A stretch of 64,000 nucleotides of DNA from Saprospiraceae bacterium (lineage in GTDB: Bacteria; Bacteroidota; Bacteroidia; Chitinophagales; Saprospiraceae). The position numbers were made by a program, and so were the translations under genes. The stretch spans positions 52,148 to 116,147 of the forward strand of contig JADKEB010000036.1 of NCBI GenBank assembly GCA_016718205.1, read 5' to 3'. The notes beneath the pieces are model-generated. The model saw only the letters and a list, made by a program, of their open reading frames with translations, did not search any database and had not been told where the DNA came from. Of the stretch, positions 8,027 to 15,800 are shown in pieces. Numbering within the stretch: the stretch's first letter is position 1; every line of letters starts with the position of its first letter.

Positions 8027-9154
8027 ATGAGAAAGTATTTTCTTCCACTAGTCGCCATACTATTTATGGCAGCAAGTGCCAATGCACAGCTTGACTCTAC
8101 CAAAGTCATAGACAACAAGGGTACTATCAAGTACGTACTCAAGGCTTCAAACTCTAATACCATTATCACAAAAATGGACAGCCTTGTGCTTTATGTCACT
8201 CCAAAACAATTGGGTGATAGTCTCAATAATTATGTGGCATATTCAGATACTATGGCAATGCTTTTAAATTATCTCAACAATGCTACCAATGGTCTCACAA
8301 AAGCAGGACAAACAGTAAAATTGGGTGGGGCGCTGACAGAGGCTACAACTATTTCTGCTAATGCCTTTGATCTGATTTTAGCTTCAACAGCTGGATCTGT
8401 TAAGGTAACAGGACTTGGGTCAGGAGCAGCAGCGACAGATAGTTTGGTGGTGGTGGACCCGAGTTCGGGTGCCTTAAAAAGAATCTCTGCATCTACACTA
8501 TTCAATGCGCTAACATTTAGCAACGGTCTTACAAAGACTGGTAATTTGGTGGAGTTGGGAGGTGCACTTACAAAACCCACAACGATCGGGACAGATGCTA
8601 CCAATGTATTGAAGGTCACCGGATTGCAGTCAGGAAGTGCAGTAGACAGTCTCGTAGTAGTAGGTGCTGACGGTACTTTCAAAAAGATCACTCAGGAGAG
8701 CTTACTCAAGAGTGGAGAGCAAGTATTTACAGCTACTGCAGGAACACTTACTTATACGGTCACCGGTACTGCAACTCCATTGCCAGTATATAGCAAAGTT
8801 TGGGTATACAGAAATGGTGCTAAACTCCTCGCAAATGATGACTATACTGTAGCTGGTAGTGTTGTTACTTTGGTAGAAGATGCCGAATGGAGTCTTGCCA
8901 CAGGAGATAAAATCGAAGTTCACTGGATCAAAAAGGAATGGAGGGGCACAGGACTTCCCCCTTGCCCAAATGGAGTCTTGCCACAGGAGATAAAATCGAA
9001 GTTCACTGGATCAAATAGACATGTAGCAGTACATGACTTTCCATTTTGGACTAAATATATGATAGGATTTCCATCATCAGTGATGCACTGGTTTTGGAAG
9101 TCCTTTCAAAATATGTCAAACAAAATTGTTTTTTGTTTCTATATACAATTTTAA
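8027..9154 (+). CDS. Secreted fibre-module protein (paralogue 2). The 3' end is altered by a duplication; the ancestral stop is probably the TAG at 9016..9018 read in another frame
   Basis: Signal peptide ending ANA. Two TGLGSG/TGLQSG..DSLVVV modules. The C-terminal domain [10 protein letters not shown]...[10 protein letters not shown] is homologous to the end of ORF 7296. After WIK the ORF runs on through unrelated low-quality sequence. Confidence 0.65.
   Translation: MRKYFLPLVAILFMAASANAQLDSTKVIDNKGTIKYVLKASNSNTIITKMDSLVLYVTPKQLGDSLNNYVAYSDTMAMLLNYLNNATNGLTKAGQTVKLGGALTEATTISANAFDLILASTAGSVKVTGLGSGAAATDSLVVVDPSSGALKRISASTLFNALTFSNGLTKTGNLVELGGALTKPTTIGTDATNVLKVTGLQSGSAVDSLVVVGADGTFKKITQESLLKSGEQVFTATAGTLTYTVTGTATPLPVYSKVWVYRNGAKLLANDDYTVAGSVVTLVEDAEWSLATGDKIEVHWIKKEWRGTGLPPCPNGVLPQEIKSKFTGSNRHVAVHDFPFWTKYMIGFPSSVMHWFWKSFQNMSNKIVFCFYIQF
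8886..9015 (+). repeat. Two identical 47-bp copies (8886..8932 and 8969..9015) separated by a 36-bp GC-rich spacer
   Basis: Direct comparison of the two copies. The offset is 83 bp, so copy 2 is out of frame with copy 1. Confidence 0.9.
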
Positions 9155-9155
9155 G

Positions 9156-12100
9156 ATGCCAAAGTTATCAAAAATAATACATCTTGCCATATTTTTATTT
9201 TGTGGCTTGGGTTATATCCACGCACAAGTAAGAGTCATCGACCATAAGGGTACGTTCAAGCAGATTGATAGTAGCAAATGGACGCTCAGCGGCACGCATA
9301 TTTACAATAAGAATAGCGGCAATGTCGGTATTGGACTGATCAATCCTATGGCAAAACTGCATACTTCAGGTACACTTAGATTTGAAGGTTTACCATTAGG
9401 ATTAGTTTCTGACAGTTTGCTTACAATATTTGGAGGAAATGTTGGGAAGATTTCATCTGATGGATTCTGGAGGCTTGGGGGCAACAACCCTTCATCAGGG
9501 GCAGCATTGGGCAGCATTGATGCTGACTTACCTATCATATCATGGGGGAAAATGGGGATACTACTCAAAGACGATGCCAATGTCGTGTTTGGGATAAAAC
9601 CTGATCATAACCTAAGTGTGGATCCAAATAACCACAGTAACCTTTCTTTGACGTCCAATTTAAATGGAAGTATTCAAACACTTGATGACAATAACTCTGA
9701 AAATATTTTTGTAGGAGGTATTGAAAAAACTGCAAAAAATAGACTTAATTTAAGCTTTGGTGAAAAGATAAGAGATTTTCAAAATAATAAGCTAAATTTT
9801 ACCATCACAAGAGAACTGGAATTATTTCATGATAATACAAATGTCATCTTAAATCAGGGGGCTGCAGCTAATTTTACCCAAAATGAGTATATTATAGCCA
9901 ATGGAAATAAATTTTCGGATTGGACGAAAAATGACAGGATTTTAGCCAATGGAGAAGGACTTCAACTTGAAGATGTGCATCAGGCTGAAGTTTTTGGTTC
10001 CGGAAAAGTTACAGGTCAAAGTCAAGCCTTACTCCTTGTAGAAGCTGACAAGATAAATACAAAACTGGCGCATGGAGCCGGTTTATCCCAAAACTCTTAT
10101 ATAAATTATTTAGGTGGTAATTTAGGTATAGGCAACGATAACCCAATGGCAAAATTACATGCTTCAGGTACTCTTAGATTCGAAGGCCTCGGCACCAATA
10201 CTACCAACATCAATTTCCTGACCACTGATGTGAATGGTGATGTCACGACCCGGACACTTTCCAGCCTACTGAGCAATAATGCCATCACATCTCTCAATGG
10301 ATTGACCCAATCTATACAAACTTTTGCCACAGGTACTGCTGGTTCAGATTTCAATATAAACTCTTCAGGTTCGGTTCATACATTCAATATTCCTGATGCT
10401 TCAGCTTCAAACAGAGGATTATTGACAGCCGCAAACTGGACGACATTCAACAATAAAGAAAATGCCATAGCCGCAGGAACCGCTCCACAATATTGGCGCG
10501 GTGACAAAACCTGGCAAACACTAAATACAAGCGTCGTACCGGAAGTAACTAACTTATATTTTACGGACACCAGAGCAAGAAATGCGGTATCTTTGACAAC
10601 AACGGGAAATAGTGGTGCTGCTACTTACACTGCAGGTACAGGGGTATTTAACATTCCAACTTACACTTTGGCAGGATTAGGTGGGATTAGCCTGACTGGA
10701 TTATCTGCCACAGCCCCTTTAACTTATAATAACACAACAGGCGCTTTCAGTATCAATCAAGCCAACGGATCTACTAATGGATTTTTATCATCCTCCGATT
10801 GGAACATTTTTAATAACAAACAATCAGCATTAACTTTTTCAACAGGTTTAACCAATACAGCTAATACCATAACACTAAATCCAGCTACCGTTTCTACTTT
10901 AGGAGGTATAAAAGTAGGTTCAGGTTTAAATGTTTTGGGCGATGGAACATTAAGCGTTACATCTGTAGCCACAACAGTTTCTAATACTTCGTCGGCTAAT
11001 AATTTATCTACAACGGTAAACGGAGTAGCGGGTACGGCCGTTCCAATGATCAACACAAATGTTTTATCAAGTGCCTCCGGAAACATTACAAGTACGATAA
11101 ATGGTGTATCTTCGGGTGCAATTGCCTTAACTGGAATTACAACTTCTAATTTGTCTGCATCTGCAGGAATTGTCAATACTCAATTGGCTAATAGTAGCGT
11201 AACCATCAATGGAACTTCCATTGCTTTAGGCGGAAGTGGTACCATAACGGCTGCACCATCAGGAACAGCAGGTGGTGATTTAACAGGAACCTACCCAAAT
11301 CCAACTATTGGCACTGGAAAAGTAACTACTACCAATATATTAGACGGAACCATCGCAACAGCCGATATAGCTGACAACGCTGTGACTTCTGCCAAGATTG
11401 TAGATGGAACGATAGTCACATCCGATATAGCCAACAACGCCGTAACGGTTGCAAAATTACCAATAGGTGCCACCGCCACTACTTTTCTTCGCGGCGATGG
11501 TACTTGGGTGATACCAACCAATACCACTTATACAGGAAGCACATCTATCACTTTAAATGGCACATCTTTTGAAAGAGCGGCTCTTACAGGAGATGTAACT
11601 GCTGCTGCCAATTCCAATGCAACCACCATTGCTAATGATGCCGTAACTTCTGCTAAAATTGCCGATGGAACGATTGTAACAGCCGATATAGCTGACAACG
11701 CTGTGACTTCTGCCAAGATTGTAGATGGAACAGTTGCAAATGTTGATTTGGCAACAATGGCAGCAAATACAGTTAAAACAAATGCAACAGCCGGAACTGC
11801 TTCTCCGACAGATTTAGCAATTACAACAAATAGCTTATTCGGTCGTGGAGCAGGTAATATCACTCCAATAACATTGGGTACAGGACTTTCCATAACAGGG
11901 ACAACTTTAAACTCAACAGGTGGGACAGTTACCAATGTCACAGGAACTTTACCCATCTCTGTAGCAACTGGCTCCACAACTCCTGTGGTTTCTATTGCCA
12001 CAGCAAATACTTCCACAACAGGAGCAATTAGCAGTACCGATTGGAATACTTTTAACAATAAAATAGGAATTATCAATGGTACTGCACCCATTACAGCTAC

Positions 12101-12788
12101 AACTGCAAGTGGAACAACTAGCTTAGGGATAACAAGAAATAATATCACAGCAGGTACCAGCTCCAATGTGGCTACAAACCCTCTTGTTCTCGATGCCGGA
12201 GCTACCAATGCAGTTGTCGGTGGGGCCAATGCCACACTTACTGTAAACAATACTGCACCTCTCTGGAATGCTAATCAATTGCAGGGAAGAAATGTGGCCA
12301 ATACAGCACCAAGTAATAGCCAAGTGCTAACTTATAATACTTCTTCTAGTCAATGGGAACCACAAGGTAAGACATTGAAAGTTGTAGATTTATATTCAAC
12401 CACAGCTTCACAAACTATTTCTAACGTGGTAAGTACGCTAAATATTAATACTGTAAGGATTAATTTAGGATCTATATTTACTCTCGCAACAAATCAAATA
12501 ACAGTTAGCGAAACTGGTACATATAGAATTACGTATAATATCGGAGTAAATATTGCATCAACCAATGAAGTATCAAGTAGATTTTGGTTAGAAAACAATA
12601 ATACCGAGATAGTTAATTCCAATATTATAATCCATGCTTATGGTGGATCTTCTTCTTGTAGTAGCCGAAGCATAATTTTACAATTATCTGCAAGTGATGT
12701 TATCCGCATAAGGATGCAAAGAGTTAATACTATTGACATGAATACAGTTCCAACATGTACAGGGTTAAATATTGAAAAGCTAAATTAG
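9156..12788 (+). CDS. Large secreted tail-fibre-like repeat protein with a C1q/TNF-like C-terminal head (paralogue 3)
   Basis: About 1,210 aa from the ATG at 9156, with a signal peptide ([15 protein letters not shown]). Contains a duplicated GN(V/L)GIG..NPMAKLH(T/A)SGTLRFEGL module, three G(L/F)LS..DW..FNNK motifs, [16 protein letters not shown] repeat arrays, and a C-terminal jelly-roll-like pattern ([13 protein letters not shown] ... [13 protein letters not shown]). Confidence 0.75.
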   Translation: MPKLSKIIHLAIFLFCGLGYIHAQVRVIDHKGTFKQIDSSKWTLSGTHIYNKNSGNVGIGLINPMAKLHTSGTLRFEGLPLGLVSDSLLTIFGGNVGKISSDGFWRLGGNNPSSGAALGSIDADLPIISWGKMGILLKDDANVVFGIKPDHNLSVDPNNHSNLSLTSNLNGSIQTLDDNNSENIFVGGIEKTAKNRLNLSFGEKIRDFQNNKLNFTITRELELFHDNTNVILNQGAAANFTQNEYIIANGNKFSDWTKNDRILANGEGLQLEDVHQAEVFGSGKVTGQSQALLLVEADKINTKLAHGAGLSQNSYINYLGGNLGIGNDNPMAKLHASGTLRFEGLGTNTTNINFLTTDVNGDVTTRTLSSLLSNNAITSLNGLTQSIQTFATGTAGSDFNINSSGSVHTFNIPDASASNRGLLTAANWTTFNNKENAIAAGTAPQYWRGDKTWQTLNTSVVPEVTNLYFTDTRARNAVSLTTTGNSGAATYTAGTGVFNIPTYTLAGLGGISLTGLSATAPLTYNNTTGAFSINQANGSTNGFLSSSDWNIFNNKQSALTFSTGLTNTANTITLNPATVSTLGGIKVGSGLNVLGDGTLSVTSVATTVSNTSSANNLSTTVNGVAGTAVPMINTNVLSSASGNITSTINGVSSGAIALTGITTSNLSASAGIVNTQLANSSVTINGTSIALGGSGTITAAPSGTAGGDLTGTYPNPTIGTGKVTTTNILDGTIATADIADNAVTSAKIVDGTIVTSDIANNAVTVAKLPIGATATTFLRGDGTWVIPTNTTYTGSTSITLNGTSFERAALTGDVTAAANSNATTIANDAVTSAKIADGTIVTADIADNAVTSAKIVDGTVANVDLATMAANTVKTNATAGTASPTDLAITTNSLFGRGAGNITPITLGTGLSITGTTLNSTGGTVTNVTGTLPISVATGSTTPVVSIATANTSTTGAISSTDWNTFNNKIGIINGTAPITATTASGTTSLGITRNNITAGTSSNVATNPLVLDAGATNAVVGGANATLTVNNTAPLWNANQLQGRNVANTAPSNSQVLTYNTSSSQWEPQGKTLKVVDLYSTTASQTISNVVSTLNINTVRINLGSIFTLATNQITVSETGTYRITYNIGVNIASTNEVSSRFWLENNNTEIVNSNIIIHAYGGSSSCSSRSIILQLSASDVIRIRMQRVNTIDMNTVPTCTGLNIEKLN
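11357..11731 (+). repeat. Perfect 54-bp direct repeat (11357..11410 and 11678..11731) inside the fibre gene
   Basis: The string aacagccgatatagctgacaacgctgtgacttctgccaagattgtagatggaac occurs twice. The offset is 321 bp (107 codons, in frame). Confidence 0.9.
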
Positions 12789-12882
12789 TTAGAAAATTTA
12801 ATATACAAAATAATTCAATTAGATCCAAAACTTTTCACCTGTTTTTACAATACCTCATAATGTCATAGAATTAGAATTTTAG

Positions 12883-15800
12883 ATGCAGAAAAAATGTAAA
12901 AATATATTGTTGCAAAAGTGGGCTTTGATTGTCTTTATCAGCCTGGTTGCAACATGTACATTTACTTTATCTGCCCAAAGCAAAACCAGGGGCAACACCT
13001 TTGTGCACGGCGCAAGAGAGATGTCAGTGTTTAAGGAACATCATTTTATCAATGGAGGCAATGGGGTTCTTCCTGGGATCGTAGGTACTAAAAGAAATGG
13101 GCCTACCTATTTTTCGTTTGCTGGTACATCGAGTGTGGCTGCAGTCTCAGATGCTGCACATGTGGACGGTTATGTAAAAAACTATGTCCATCAGGTTTTC
13201 ACATTTCCTATCGGAGACAATGGTGTTTATGGCCCAGTAACCACGATTGCTCCTTCACCTATCACAGTAGCTTCACCTATCAGCGCTGCATACTTTCGTA
13301 CCAATCCTGATGTGGCCGTTACGACTTCGCTTCTCGGAAGTAATGAACCTGCACTGCCTGTGGGTGCTCCATTTCCACGTACCATGCGTGAAGTGGGTGT
13401 ATCAGCTGTCAGTCCCATCGAATACTGGGATGTAGATGGCACCGCACCCGTCCGTCTCAGGCTACACTGGAGCAATGCATCTCAGATCAATACACTCACC
13501 AATGGTATGCTCATGGGGCTAAGGATAGTAGGGTGGAACGGCACGCAATGGGTTGACATACCGGGTACGCTCGATGTCGGCGCAGACCTCAATGCAGGCA
13601 CCATCACGACCAATGCTGCTATTGTCCCCAATACTTATACGGCATATACGTTTGGTGTGTCTTGCGATCTGATAGATGTAGTTTTTTCAGGAGTTCCTGC
13701 GGGATTGTATCTATGTGAAGGGCAGACTGGGACGCTTGATGTCAATGTCATGTTGGGTGGAGCGGCTTATATACCAGATTTTATTTTGGAGAGATATGAA
13801 GGTGCATCTTGGCTACCATGGAGTGGTCCCAATACTGATGGTATTTTCACTTTCACAGGATTGCCACCCAATGTTCCCAATGTCAGATATCGTATCAGGA
13901 TCAATTTCGGCACCTGTACACGACTCAGTGATGAATTTATATTGCATTCATACAAGTCCGCCACTTTAGCCTGTCAGGGAAATCTCAATGCAAGTGTCAA
14001 TCAGGATTGTGAGATTTTTTTGCATGCCGGCATTTTTCTGACTCAGGCTGTCAATCCACCTGAGTTTTATGATCTGGTGGTGACCGATAGCAAGGGAAAA
14101 GTAGTGCCCAATCCTGTGAAAAATCCAAATAACGGAGAGATATTTATGGTATCTATCAAAGAGAGATGTACTGGAAACTCTTGCTGGAGTACGATCAAGC
14201 TCGAAGATAAACTGGCACCGGAGATTACTGATTGCCATTCGAGCCAATCATTTGCGTGTCATGAGTTTGAGACCATAAGATCAGAAACCGCTGCGCTCCA
14301 TTTTGGAGGATCTCCATCTTTTGCCCTGAGCAGAAAACCAGACGTCGCAGACAATTGCAGTAATATGGATGTTTCTTTTGTTGACATCATTTCCGCAGGT
14401 ACCTGTGGTGTAAAACAAATAAAGAGAGCTTGGCTATTTACCGATAAACCAGGCAATAAAGCCAGTTGTGAGCAAATATTAAATTTCACACCATTGTCAT
14501 TGACCGATATCAGGGATCCGGTAGCACAAGTAGTCCTGGATTGTAAAAGTGATTTCACACCACAGCATATCCAACAAGCATTTGACAATAAAGCGACTTT
14601 GGATGATTCCAAATCTCGTTACGTCATCGAAAACAATGAAGGAAGTGTCTATGGTGGATTTACTTACAAGGCAAGAGGAACGGACAGAGGCTTTCACAAT
14701 CAAAGGATAGAAAACAATGTCTGTAATATCTATACCTCATATACTGACGAAGAGATCCGAATCGAAAGCTTTTCAGGATGCATCAAAGAGAGAAAAATCC
14801 TTAGAAAATGGATAGTATTGGATGATTGTACCAATGCTTTCAGAAATTTGACCCAAATCATTATCCTTAGGGATACAACAGGGCCACAATTTACCATCGC
14901 TCCGATCACGCAGACGCTGGGTACACACGATTGTTCCGCAAGTGTAGTAGTACCTTTGCCTACGTTGCTGCAGGATGATTGTACAGAAATATCAAAACTG
15001 AAATGGTCCGTGATTACTCCTATAGGCACAACAGTTAGCGGTACGATGCCCTCTTATATTATCCATGGACTGGTCAAAGGTATTCATAATATCACCTACA
15101 TAGTAGAAGACTGTGCCGGCAACCAGGCCCAAAAAACGACTACCATTCATATACAGGATTTGATGGCACCTACTGTGATATTGAAGCAAAACATCGTTGT
15201 CAGTCTTTCAGGATCATCACAGGGAGGTGGATATGCCAAGTTGTTCCACACATCAATAAACAATGGCTCGTATGATCCATGCAGTCGTGTCAGAGTAGAG
15301 ATCAGACGCAAGATGGGCAGCAGCTGTGAAAATGATGGCATCAATCATCACAACAACAATCTTACTTATAGTAACATTGCAGCAACAGGCACCGTCAACT
15401 CCTGGGTACACACAGACAATAATCCGGCAGATACGGATGGCGGCGAATATGTAACATTTTGCTGTAGCGACATCATGCCAGGCATGACATATGGCCTTCA
15501 CGATGTGGAAGTCAGAGTATGGGATGATGCCAATGGAAACGGTATCATAGGTGACACACTCATCATCAATGGTATGCGGGACAATTTTAATAATGGATGG
15601 GCTAAGGTCAGAGTCGAGCACAAGATACCTCCGGTGATGACCTGTCCTAAAGATATCGTCCTCCAATGTGATGATACATTCGGCCTCAATACTCAAAATC
15701 CAATTCGGGTAGGTAGCACCATGTCTACCGGAATTCCTGCAGTGAGAGCACTGTGTACGGATACCTTTGCTATGACATATCTTGACAGATGGACAAGCAA

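Noticed and set aside
4515-9015. A diversity-generating retroelement, with the RT fragment at 4515..4860 and the repeat pair at 8886..9015 at the 3' end of a surface-protein gene acting as TR/VR.
   Set aside because: The RT fragment carries the group II maturase motif and is followed by intron domain V. The two 47-bp copies are identical, with no adenine-specific differences, are far shorter than typical TR/VR pairs, and lie 4 kb from a truncated RT.
11528-12250. A 240-aa antisense ORF, with similar ones at 10757..11176, 8269..8691, 11291..11527 and 9302..9580, lies opposite the fibre genes.
   Set aside because: These are shadow ORFs produced by the Thr/Ala/Gly/Asn-rich repetitive codon usage of the sense strand. 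They have no start context, no motifs and low-complexity V/A/P-rich translations.
7296-12788. A prophage or phage-tail remnant as the explanation for the fibre-like genes.
   Set aside because: This is not fully excluded. However, there are no capsid, portal, terminase, tape-measure, baseplate, lysis or integrase genes within the flanking 10 kb. All three proteins have Sec signal peptides, which virion fibres normally lack.
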